Below, piece after piece: positions 16,401 through 23,094 of a stretch of 40,000 bases of DNA; position 1 is the first letter of the stretch; the number at the start of each line of letters is the position of its first letter. This DNA comes from an uncultured Solirubrobacterales bacterium (GTDB taxonomy: Bacteria > Actinomycetota > Thermoleophilia > Solirubrobacterales > Solirubrobacteraceae): the NCBI GenBank assembly GCA_963703395.1, contig OY969817.1, positions 1,673,702 through 1,713,701 on the forward strand, written 5' to 3'. Under the pieces are notes generated by a model that had not been told where the DNA came from, made no database searches, and was given only the letters and a program-made list of their open reading frames with translations. Both the position numbers and the translations under genes were made by a program.

Positions 16401-18867
16401 GGCCGGACGGGTTGACCTCGCCTGCGACCATCGCCGTCGTAGCGCCGATGGCGAACGCGTTTGACGTGGATGCGGACGGGAGGCCGGAGAAGAAGAATTC
16501 AGCGGAGCCATGTCCCGTGCCTGAGCCATTGACGGCGATCAGTTCGGCGCAGTATTCGTTGCCTGCGCTGAGTCCAGTAAGTTCGACTGAGACCTGGTGG
16601 GACGTGGCATCCGTGAAGCCCAGCGTCACCGGTGTGGTCGAGTGCACCGGTGAGCCCGCGAGGCCACCGCTCGTGCACCATTCAGAGCTCGCCAGATCAT
16701 AGGCGACGTGATATTCGGTCGTCTGGCCGGACGGGTTGACCTCGCCTGCGACCGTCGCCGTCGTCGCTCCGGTCGACTGAGGGCCAAACGCGAAGGCCGA
16801 CGGTGCGCCCGCGGTGAACGACTGCGGGAATCCTTCTGAAGTCCCCGAACCATTGACCGCGATGAGCTCGACGCAGTATTCGCTACCGCCTGTCAAGGCG
16901 GTCAGTTCTACCGAGACTTGGTGGAACGTCGCATCCGTGAAGCCCAGCGTCACCGGCGACGTCGAGTGCGCCGGTGAGCCCGCGAGGCCACCGCTCGTGC
17001 ACCATTCAGAGCTCGCCAGATCATAGGCGACGTGATACTGGGTCGTCTGGCCGGAGGAATTGACCTCGCCTCCGACCGTCGCCGTCGTCGCACCGGTTGA
17101 CTGCGGGCCAAACGCGAAGGCTGACGGTGCGCCCGCGGTGAAGGACTGCTGGAACCCCGCCGATGTGCCAGAGGCGTTGACGGCGATGAGCTCCTCGCAG
17201 TATTCGCTGCCAGCCGTCAGGCCGGTCAGTTCCACCAACACCTGGTGGAACGTCGCGTCCGTGAAGCCCAGCGTCACCGGTGCAGTTGAATGCGCCGGCG
17301 AGCTCGCAAGCCCTCGGCTCGTGCACCATTCAGAGCTCGCCCGGTCATATGCGACGTGATATTGGGTCGATTGGCCGGAGGGGTTGACCTCGCCTCCGAC
17401 CGTCGCCGTCGTCGTTCCGGTCGACTGTGGGCCAAAAGCGAAGGCCGAGGGCGCGCCAGCGGTGAACGTCTGTGTGAACCCAGACGAGGTCCCCGAGCCG
17501 TTGGCCGCGATGAGCTCCTCGCAGTATTCGCTGCCGCCAGTCAGGCCGCTGAGACCAACCGAGACGGGGTGAAACTTGGCCGCCGTGGAGCCGAGGGTCA
17601 GGAGGGACGTGGCGTGCGTCGGTGAGCCTTTGGACCCATAGCTCGTGCACCATTCAGAGCTCGCCAGGTCATAGGCGACGTGGTATTGGGTGGATTGGCC
17701 GGCGGGATTGACTTCGCCGTTGACCAGCTCGGTGGTCGAGGCGATCGCGCTGGAGCCACGCGCTTCGACCGAGGGCGCTCCGGCGGTGAACGTCTGTGTG
17801 AACCCAGACGAGGTCCCCGAGCCGTTGGCCGCGATGAGCTCCTCGCAGTATTCGCTGCCGCCAGTCAGGCCGCTGAGACCAACCGAGACGGGGTGAAACT
17901 TGGCCGCTGTGGAGCCGAGGGTCAGGAGGGACGTGGCGTGCGTCGGTGACCCTTTGGAGCCATAGCTGGTGCACCATTCCGAACTCGCCAGGTCATAGGC
18001 GACGTGATACTGGGTCGATTGGCCGGCGGGATTGACTTCGCCGCTGACAAGCTCGGTGGTCGACGCGATCGCGCGGGAGCCGAAGGCGTTGACAGACGGG
18101 GTTCCCGCAGTGAACGTCTGCGTGAATCCAGATGAGGTCCCGGAGCCGTTGGCCGCGATGAGCCCCTCGCAGTATTCGCTGCCAGCCGCCAGGCCGCTGA
18201 GACCAACCGAGACGCGGCGAAACTTCGGGGCCGTGGAGCCAAGGGTCACCAGGGACGTTGAGTGGCCCGGTGAGCCTTTGGACCCATGGCTCGCGCACCA
18301 TTCAGAGCTCGCCAGGTCATAGGCGACGTGGTATTGGGTGGATTGGCCGGCGGGATTGACTTCGCCTTCGACGAGCTCGTTTGTCGAGGTGGTCGCGCGG
18401 GGGCCAAAGGTCCTGACCGACGGCGTCCCCGCGGTGAAGGACTGCTGGAATCCCGCCGACGTGCCAGAGCCGTTGGCCGCGATCAGCTCCTCGCAGTACG
18501 TGCTGCCGGCCGTCAGCCCGCTCACCCCGACCGACACCTGCCGGTATGTGGCGGCCGTGGAGCCGAGGGTCACCGGTGACGTCGAGTGCGCCGGTGAGCC
18601 TTTGGAGCCATGGCTGGTGCACCATTCCGAGCTCGCAAGGTCATAGGCAACGTGGTATTGGGTGGATTCGCCGCCGGGGTTGACCGAGCCTTCCACTATC
18701 GCCGTGGTAGCGCTGGTCGAGAAGGCGTTGAAGGTGGAGGCCGACGGGATCGAGGCTTGCGCTAAGGCCGACAGCGCAAGAGTCCAGCACACGATCGCGA
18801 CAAGAACGGCAAGACCGGCCCTGAAGCGCCACGTGCGGCTGGCCCACGAGGCAAGCACAATGGCCAT
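10462..18867 (-). CDS. giant secreted multi-repeat surface protein (adhesin-like), ~2800 aa
   Basis: Start chosen at ATG 18865-18867, giving the signal peptide MAIVLASWASRTWRFRAGLAVLVAIVCWTLALSALAQA. The N-terminal half, read from the translation, is 9 x 108-aa FN3-like repeats (VNPxGQxTxYHVAYD..WC..YC) followed by IPT/TIG (VTKVSPAGGTTAGGTLVTIIG). Next come 5 x ~97-aa two-Cys Ig-like repeats (LQWLRC..G..C..I.GAT..TY....DVGH.L.VEE) and a PKD domain (WEFGDGS...HTY..AGSYTATLTV). The C-terminal half has a CarboxypepD_reg-like domain, CARDB-like sandwiches, an FN3, 7 Cys-pair repeats and a ~300-aa orphan C-terminal domain. Confidence 0.85.
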   Translation of the reverse strand: MAIVLASWASRTWRFRAGLAVLVAIVCWTLALSALAQASIPSASTFNAFSTSATTAIVEGSVNPGGESTQYHVAYDLASSEWCTSHGSKGSPAHSTSPVTLGSTAATYRQVSVGVSGLTAGSTYCEELIAANGSGTSAGFQQSFTAGTPSVRTFGPRATTSTNELVEGEVNPAGQSTQYHVAYDLASSEWCASHGSKGSPGHSTSLVTLGSTAPKFRRVSVGLSGLAAGSEYCEGLIAANGSGTSSGFTQTFTAGTPSVNAFGSRAIASTTELVSGEVNPAGQSTQYHVAYDLASSEWCTSYGSKGSPTHATSLLTLGSTAAKFHPVSVGLSGLTGGSEYCEELIAANGSGTSSGFTQTFTAGAPSVEARGSSAIASTTELVNGEVNPAGQSTQYHVAYDLASSEWCTSYGSKGSPTHATSLLTLGSTAAKFHPVSVGLSGLTGGSEYCEELIAANGSGTSSGFTQTFTAGAPSAFAFGPQSTGTTTATVGGEVNPSGQSTQYHVAYDRASSEWCTSRGLASSPAHSTAPVTLGFTDATFHQVLVELTGLTAGSEYCEELIAVNASGTSAGFQQSFTAGAPSAFAFGPQSTGATTATVGGEVNSSGQTTQYHVAYDLASSEWCTSGGLAGSPAHSTSPVTLGFTDATFHQVSVELTALTGGSEYCVELIAVNGSGTSEGFPQSFTAGAPSAFAFGPQSTGATTATVAGEVNPSGQTTEYHVAYDLASSEWCTSGGLAGSPVHSTTPVTLGFTDATSHQVSVELTGLSAGNEYCAELIAVNGSGTGHGSAEFFFSGLPSASTSNAFAIGATTAMVAGEVNPSGQTTEYHVAYDLASSEWCTSGGLAGSPAHSTTPVTLGFTDATSHQVSVELTGLSAGNEYCAELIAVNGSGIAHGSQVTFFAGFPAASTSNAFATGATTAMVEGQVNPSGQATQYHVAYDLASSEWCASEGLAGSPAHLTTPATLGFTDAAFHQVSVELPGLSAGNEYCVELVAVNGSGTAHSSQFRFTAAPPMPAVTKVSPAGGTTAGGTLVTIIGTALEGATAVHFSAASATIKTNTATEITAESPAHAGGQVDVTVTTPGGTSATSEADHYTYVGVPEEITPPKISGTAQQGKILTEEHGTWTNEPITSYKLQWLRCNSSGTECNEKITGATEPTYVPGEADVGHKLKVEESAINKTGESKLATSGATAEVLPHEPVDETAPTINGSPQQGHTLTEEHGTWKYTPTSYKLQWLRCNSLGEGCLPIEGATSQTYTPTKADVGEKLKVEETAVNAGGAGAAALSAATAAVTPHVPEETTPPKISGVAKEGQTLTVEDGGWTNEPQQFEHRWLRCNESGGECSAISMATGETYVLVTSDVGHTIRVEEVAINKGGSSKPAESAATSVVLPLPPVNIAPPTVTGTAQEGKTLTSQAGTWEHTPTKTKLQWVQCDSVGMSCSAISGAQGETYAPTLQDVGHTIRVEETAENAGGASLPAPSAATAAVTIAVPVNLTAPKIAGSAEKGQTLVESHGAWTNEPTAYTYRWVRCNSAGEECALITGALNETYQPTMADVGHTLRIEETAVNAGGESPAAPSVPTAVVVPIPLHAAAGENLTATVGAPVVFDGSGSSPASEIEHYNWEFGDGSTSTEKSPVHTYAAAGSYTATLTVSRGTETAHQSISVTVSAPAAHNVKIKTVDHEGHPIAGATVLYVGSGGTRVQATTGTEGEAALEGLPDGTDTVYAYESGYRPLVGNVVVTGGAGTTTLTLVSGEVATSTLKSHELNLKEIEAAGINVNDPANQHVYEFEVRLAFIEGTPPATLHGYINNSGEFVGPSGGAVGGGGGWTCSPNECEGGGIVVVPAFIGGHPLIQWLILRGKATVLKQFFEVSMVIQNLSPEPFKLTAGSASLHLPPGISLAPTSTPQQETQTVEDVPGLGSKTVNWVIRGDTPGNYYLSADYHGKLNIIEAPVDLHAELAQPLRVWGVEALSLKVYADEGALHAGVPYNVRIGVRNEANVPLYNVAVTIDENTHEHFIFQPDQKFTVTFAELAPGDTFGGTYVLVPDGASESTFKPALSSATFAGEAITPGAGIEQMSPPPLYALTATNQASTSVHIHWEQDPNAEGYEVFSTPTLDTPFPVSPEAVLASPSSTQTITRLPAGSTDAYISGAAAESQAYYTVSSIINGKHVLDHPVVQAGLTGVHVSSDVKLLDGIACTGERSCVAVGNSPTGEGVVVGVSNGLPSKAMSVPGSTHLYAVACETSASCFAVGNTSTAKGIVVPIMNGSPGKARVVPSVIALEGVACHNAGACLAVGTGEGAGGGAAQGIAVPITNGVVGGAHDLSGNGHKQVSDLHGVTCRNTCVAVGNNHVPEGVVVDIQRATLSHTVYTIGETESLSAVDCFNSVSCDATGTTKTPGSTIIVPVTDGIPPTTVFRTTPPKPEYIIPPVSGYLKGISCVAEATCLAVGENASFNQGVFAVTAGSHEAVPAASQLFAISCHAHASCWAVGETSAGTAGLIQEISQTADPNVNYENHSCPSSNGGGGFDAVIDEFPEQHPNTFTGVRAFLGPASLCRSPGYPTSSWVMLQNESPYVFVQAGVFYNSDGTDNPFVEVRGTNLNAPKSENDGLIEYQQVQFQNSPPEPGSIEIFALGQVPSSPVKFAVESKGIQPKGYDKACPWVVKQGKKAEYEQYQGYTRRKRRLEVEARMGGQCLWIYYLPANTSFGDADLAGAETHREDDTAPGTYEKPLTFRAPRVQYGGSWQSFAPTGLGTLSNPRAPLPNYNANFAVGCESYVPYWGSQYKFSTWGKNEYGACAPWAVP
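11365..12310 (-). repeat. seven divergent ~40-55-aa Cys-pair repeats (propeller-blade-like) inside the giant gene
   Basis: The units start LDGIAC, LYAVAC, LEGVAC, LHGVTC, LSAVDC, LKGISC and LFAISC. Each has the form L..(I/V).C.....C.A(V)G......G(I/V)VV(P/G)(I/V).NG. Confidence 0.6.
14110..15565 (-). repeat. five tandem ~290-bp repeats (93-100 aa two-Cys Ig-like units) inside the giant gene
   Basis: Five units each contain G.TL....G.W...P..Y..(Q/R)W(L/V)(R/Q)C...G..C..I.GA...TY.P...DVGH.(L/I)(K/R)(V/I)EE.A.N..G. They are divergent at the DNA level. Confidence 0.8.
15840..18750 (-). repeat. nine in-frame tandem repeats of 324 bp (108 aa) inside the giant gene
   Basis: A 324-bp period is visible in the DNA; for example, 17461-17583 is repeated exactly at 17785-17907. 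Antisense shadow ORFs also start 324 bp apart (16088/16412, 17060/17384). The boundaries given are approximate. Confidence 0.9.
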
Positions 18868-19117
18868 CGCGGCACAACGAACCGCCGCTCGTCGCGCCTG
18901 TGGCCCTTCGCGGATGTTCGCTGCTGCGGCCGTAGCCCCCCGCTCTCGCGTCCTGCGGCTCCATCCTCCGGGACGCTTCTCCCCGGTGCCGCTATTCGGG
19001 CGCGACCCTATCAGGTCAGACAAACTCAACGACGACGCCCGGAGACTGGCAGTGGATCACACCCGACGTGCCAGGGTTGTGGGCGTGCACAACGGTCCGC
19101 GGTAGACGAACAGCTCA

Positions 19118-19525
19118 ATGCGGGAGCCCTCTTCGCCGAGGGACTGCGTCGCTTACACGCAGATGTTCGCATCCCGAGGGGCACGCTTGAGAGCGCTTCT
19201 ACGTCATCGAGGGACCGTGTGGGAAAGTTCGCTGCAGCGTGCGATGCTGACGCACGGCTTTGCGAAGGCCGAAGTGCGGAAGGCATTCGCCGCTCGCCCG
19301 ACGAGCATCCATGGCTTCGATCTTGTGCGGTCACTAGCGATACCGGCCCCACAGCCGGCATTCACACGCTACTACGACATGCTGGAGATCAACGATGTCA
19401 TGACGCTCGTCAATGAGCTCGCAAGGCTCCGCTGCGGGGCGCCATGGGTCGCTGGAGGCACACGAGCGCTTCGCGGCCCCGCTCGATCATCCTGGCTCCG
19501 CTGGTGGTTCTCGTCGGCCTGCTGA
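19118..19525 (+). CDS. hypothetical protein (weak call)
   Basis: 135-aa ORF divergent from the giant gene. Third-position GC is visibly lower than in neighbouring genes and no motif was recognised. It may be non-coding. Confidence 0.25.
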   Translation: MREPSSPRDCVAYTQMFASRGARLRALLRHRGTVWESSLQRAMLTHGFAKAEVRKAFAARPTSIHGFDLVRSLAIPAPQPAFTRYYDMLEINDVMTLVNELARLRCGAPWVAGGTRALRGPARSSWLRWWFSSAC

Positions 19526-19806
19526 TAACGGTTGCCTCGGCCGGTGCCTTTAGTGTTGACTCTAATTAGCTGACGGGCTCGCGGTCATCGCCGCTACCGC
19601 TGGATCACCAGCCGATTCGCCCCACCCGGTGCGCCATCGCCGCCGGGAAGCGGTTCCCCCGCCCGCTCGCGGACACGCCGCAAGCAGTTCGGGTATCACT
19701 TGTTGTTCCCGGTAGCAGCGCCCGCAACCCTAAAACCCGCAAACAGCGCCAACTCTCTGGCGGTCATGCCGTGCGCAGGCGCTCGACTGTCCGCCACGGG
19801 CGACGC

Positions 19807-20270
19807 TCACCGATACGCTTGCTCGCCGAGCAATGCGAGCGCCAGCCAGCCGCGGGGTCGCACTTGCGCAATGGACGACGAGCAGGGCGCCCTCGTCTCG
19901 CACGCCCGACACCTGCTTCGCGGTGGTCGCGGTACTCGACCATGCCGGCCGTGGCGCTGCCGGTCGACCCCGGCGATATCCGTGTCGACGCTGTGCGCGA
20001 TCGCTATCGCCTCTCCGCGCTCGGTCCGGACCACGCTGTCGGCTTGCTGGCCGAGCGCGCCGCGCAGCTGCGCGAGTGCGTTACGGAGGCTGGCGCGCGC
20101 GCTGTCCTCGCGCACATCAGGCCACAGCCGGCCAGCTCGCTGCGGCCGTGCGCTCGGCGCTCGAGCGCGAGCATCGCTAGGAGCAACCTCGCCTTGCGGC
20201 TGGCCGGCAGTTCGACGTCCCGCCCGTCGATTTCGAGCCGAAGCTCGCCCAGCAGGTTGAACCGCACCAT
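19807..20270 (-). pseudogene. SARP/BTAD-type winged-helix transcriptional regulator, frameshifted and truncated
   Basis: MVRFNLLGELRLEIDGRDVELPASRKARLLLAMLALERRAHGRSELAG continues in another frame as LWPDVREDSARASLRNALAQLRGALG...VDTDIAGVDR. This is the OmpR/SARP-type N-terminal DNA-binding domain. No BTAD, ATPase or TPR part follows. Confidence 0.6.
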
Positions 20271-20409
20271 GGCAGCGAATCTACTCGGCCGAGCGCCGCG
20301 ATCGAGCGCACGGGTCTTTGCGCGCCCCCATGTTTGCTCATGCGTCGCCGTTCCATGCGAGCCAGCGCGAGCATGATCTTCATGCCGAACTCGCCGAACG
20401 GCGTCGGCC

Positions 20410-21594
20410 CTACTGCAGCGACTCGAGTGGGTGGTGACGTCTGATGTAGTCGCCGAAGAGGGGTGCCGTGAAGTTGACGTAGCCGCGTCGGGGGCTGTAG
20501 ATGAGACCCTTGAGGTCGATCAGGTTCTGGCGCACGAGCGCGGTGCGGCGCTGGTCGGCGCCGAGCAGCGCTGACACCTTCGCGGTCTGCTGCGACCCAT
20601 CGCCGAGCTCGGCAATCGCGGCCAGGTAGCGGCGCTCAGCCGCGGTCGCGCGGTTGAAACGTGCTCGGTGAAAGCCGCTGTCGAGCTGCTCTTGAGCGAT
20701 CGTGTCGGCAGCTTTGGCATCGTGGTCGGTGATCGGCGAGCTGGCCGCGACCAGCCAGGCGTAGCGCCCGTAAGTCTGCAGAAAGAACGGGTAGCGGTCA
20801 GCTCGAGCGAGGATGAAGTCGAGTGCGGCCTGCTCGTACTCGACGCCCTCGCGCTCAGCGGGGAGCGTGAGCGCAGTTCGGGCGGCGTCCTCGGTGAGCC
20901 GACCGATCTCGACGTACTGGAAGAGGCGCTCCGCATAGGAGCTTGCCTCAACGAGCCTGCCTGGGAGCTGTGGCAGTCCAGCGCAGACGAGCGCCACGGG
21001 AAGCTGACGCTGAGCGATGCGATGGAAGGCCGCGAGCAGCGCCTGCAGGTCCTCCTTCTCGGCGAACTGCATCTCGTCGAAGAAGAATGCTATGCCGCCC
21101 TCAGCCTCGCGGGCTGTCTCGCCAAGCTCGACCAGGACATCCTGGAGATCGACATCGAGCTGCCCGCTGTCACCGCGTCCAGGAGTCGGGGCGACATCGA
21201 CCTTGAACGTGATCCCAGCGGGCATAGCTGTCACCGAGAAGCTGCTGATGACCGACAGCGACCTGCGCAGCCGCTCCCGGACACTCTCCCGCCGTGCAAG
21301 CGACTGCGCGGCCTGCGCTGCCACCTGAGCAAGCGCTGGACGCAGCGGTCCACGGCCGCGCAGCTCGATGTAGCCCGAGCCCCATCCGGCCTCTTCGGCC
21401 TCCGCAGCGAAGCGGTTCAGTAGGACCGTCTTGCCGACGCCGCGAAGCCCCCACAGCGCAAGGTTCTGCTCAGGACGCCCGGCAGCAAGACGCTTGAGCA
21501 GCACACCGAAACTCGTCTGCTCTCCATCGCGACCTGCAAGCTCCGGTGGTGGCGTACCGGCGCCTGGTGCGTAGGGATTGAGGACCTCGTCCAC
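20410..21594 (-). CDS. AAA+ ATPase (archaeal-ATPase/COG1672-like) with C-terminal winged-helix
   Basis: N-terminal NPYAPGAGTPPPELAGRDGE, Walker A GLRGVGKTVLLNRF and Walker B IAFFFDEMQ. The C-terminal winged-helix-like region reads AERRYLAAIAELGDGSQQTAKVSALLG...LIDLKGLIYSPRRGYVNFTAPLFGDYIRR. GTG start at 21592-21594, with TATACT 6 nt upstream. Confidence 0.85.
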   Translation of the reverse strand: MDEVLNPYAPGAGTPPPELAGRDGEQTSFGVLLKRLAAGRPEQNLALWGLRGVGKTVLLNRFAAEAEEAGWGSGYIELRGRGPLRPALAQVAAQAAQSLARRESVRERLRRSLSVISSFSVTAMPAGITFKVDVAPTPGRGDSGQLDVDLQDVLVELGETAREAEGGIAFFFDEMQFAEKEDLQALLAAFHRIAQRQLPVALVCAGLPQLPGRLVEASSYAERLFQYVEIGRLTEDAARTALTLPAEREGVEYEQAALDFILARADRYPFFLQTYGRYAWLVAASSPITDHDAKAADTIAQEQLDSGFHRARFNRATAAERRYLAAIAELGDGSQQTAKVSALLGADQRRTALVRQNLIDLKGLIYSPRRGYVNFTAPLFGDYIRRHHPLESLQ

Positions 21595-21871
21595 ACCACG
21601 AGTATATAGCTTTATATGGCTGTATTTGCTCAGGGCATAAAGTCAAATAATCCCGTGCCGATGCGGCCTCCGAACTGCTGGCCGGAGCCGTTCGCTCCGG
21701 AGGGCCAGAGATTTGAGAAAGGCCATCGCAACCCCTGGCTTGGTCGCCGGCCAGCGTGGCAGGCAATCGCCATGCTTTGCAAGTTCTCCGAGAAATTGTT
21801 CCCCGTGGGGGGCCTTTCTTTCTCGAGGAGCTAACCGCAGTTTTTGGCTCTATTACTTGCTTTTCCTGTAG

Positions 21872-21945
21872 TCGGGGAGACTGGATTCGAACCAGCGACC
21901 GCCCGGCCCCCAGCCGGGTGCGCTACCAGACTGCGCCACTCCCCG
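21872..21945 (-). tRNA. tRNA-Pro (anticodon GGG)
   Basis: Hand-folded cloverleaf: CGGGGAG TG GCGC AGTCTGGTA GCGC A CCCGG CTGGGGG CCGGG CGGTC GCTGG TTCGAAT CCAGT CTCCCCG A. It is 74 nt and CCA is not encoded. Confidence 0.9.
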
Positions 21946-21982
21946 TGGCTCAGGTCCAGAGCCTAGCGCGGGGCGGGCTCCA

Positions 21983-22053
21983 AGCGGGCGACGGGAATCG
22001 AACCCGCCCTAGAAGCTTGGAAGGCTTCTGTGCAACCACAACACTTCGCCCGC
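21983..22053 (-). tRNA. tRNA-Gly (anticodon UCC)
   Basis: Hand-folded: GCGGGCG AA GTGT TGTGGTT GCAC A GAAGC CTTCCAA GCTTC TAGG GCGGG TTCGATT CCCGT CGCCCGC T, 71 nt. Position 8 is A, which is unusual. Confidence 0.82.
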
Positions 22054-22150
22054 AAGCTCCGGTCATGTTACCCGCCCGGATCGGCCTCAGGTGGTCTGTC
22101 GCGGATCGGGCGGAGCGCTTCGCGCCGATCCGCCGGGCAGCCCGCCGCTG

Positions 22151-23083
22151 CTACCCCCGTCCCCGGCGCTCCTCGGTCGGGACCTCGCCCCCGGCGTCAG
22201 CGAGGCCCGGCGGGGGCCAGGGGCCGAACCAGTTGTCGCGTGCGCCGTCCAGGGTCACCACCGAGCCGTTGAGAGCCGCGCCCACTGGGGAGGCCAGCAG
22301 CGCGATCAGCCATGCGTGCTCCTGCACCGTCCCCAGGCGCTGCAGCGGGACCGAGCGGGCCATCCCCGCGCGCACCGCGGCCGGGTACTTCGCCATCGCC
22401 TCCGTGTCGAAGTGGCCTGCCGCGACCGCGCAGACCGTTGCTCCCGCCGGTGCCCAGCGGCGCGCCAGTTCGCGCGTCAGCGCCTCCACCGTGGCCCGCG
22501 CTGCGCCCGAGTGGGCCATGCCCGGCATCCCGTGGTGGGGGGAGAGCGTCACGTTGATGACCGTCCCCCGTCCTGCCGGGGCCAGCGCCTGCGTGAAGGC
22601 CTCCTCCGCCATGTTCAGCATCCCGTCCACATTCAGCCTCCACACCGCGCCCCACCCCTTCGTTGCGATCCCCTCCGCCGGCGTGAAGTACTGGCCCCCC
22701 GCGTTGTTCACCAGGATGTCCAGACGCCCCCACCGCTCCAGCACGCCGGCCACCAGCGCTCGCGCCTGCTCGCGCTCGCGCACGTCTCCCACGGCCCACT
22801 GTGCTCCGCACGCTTCGGCCTCGTCAAGCGGCGCCCCCGACTTGCTCTTCCGCTCCCCCTCTTCGCTGGCCTGTGCGCGCTCGATCTCCTCGACCGCCTC
22901 CCGCAGCGGCTCCTCGCGGCGGCCTGCCACCGCCACCGACGCCCCGCACCGTGCCAGCTCGAGAGCGCTCGCCCGGCCCAGGCCCGTGCCACCGCCCGTC
23001 ACCAGCGCCACCCGGCCCCGCAGCATCCCGGGGGCGAAGATCGCCGACCCTCCGCCCGCGCTCCGCTCCCGCTCTGCGCTCAT
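22151..23083 (-). CDS. short-chain dehydrogenase/reductase (SDR) family oxidoreductase
   Basis: Start at ATG 23081-23083 (MSAERERS...). The cofactor motif is VALVTGGGTGLGRA. LVNNAGG and the active-site region MAHSGAARATVEALTRELA are also present. The longer upstream ORF is Arg/Pro-rich and discounted. Confidence 0.88.
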   Translation of the reverse strand: MSAERERSAGGGSAIFAPGMLRGRVALVTGGGTGLGRASALELARCGASVAVAGRREEPLREAVEEIERAQASEEGERKSKSGAPLDEAEACGAQWAVGDVREREQARALVAGVLERWGRLDILVNNAGGQYFTPAEGIATKGWGAVWRLNVDGMLNMAEEAFTQALAPAGRGTVINVTLSPHHGMPGMAHSGAARATVEALTRELARRWAPAGATVCAVAAGHFDTEAMAKYPAAVRAGMARSVPLQRLGTVQEHAWLIALLASPVGAALNGSVVTLDGARDNWFGPWPPPGLADAGGEVPTEERRGRG

Positions 23084-23094
23084 CTCGGAGCGCG

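Noticed and set aside
15840-18750. Regular repeats as a possible CRISPR array or satellite
   Set aside because: The period is 324 bp and there is no repeat/spacer alternation. The repeats stay in frame within one long ORF encoding a conserved 108-aa domain.
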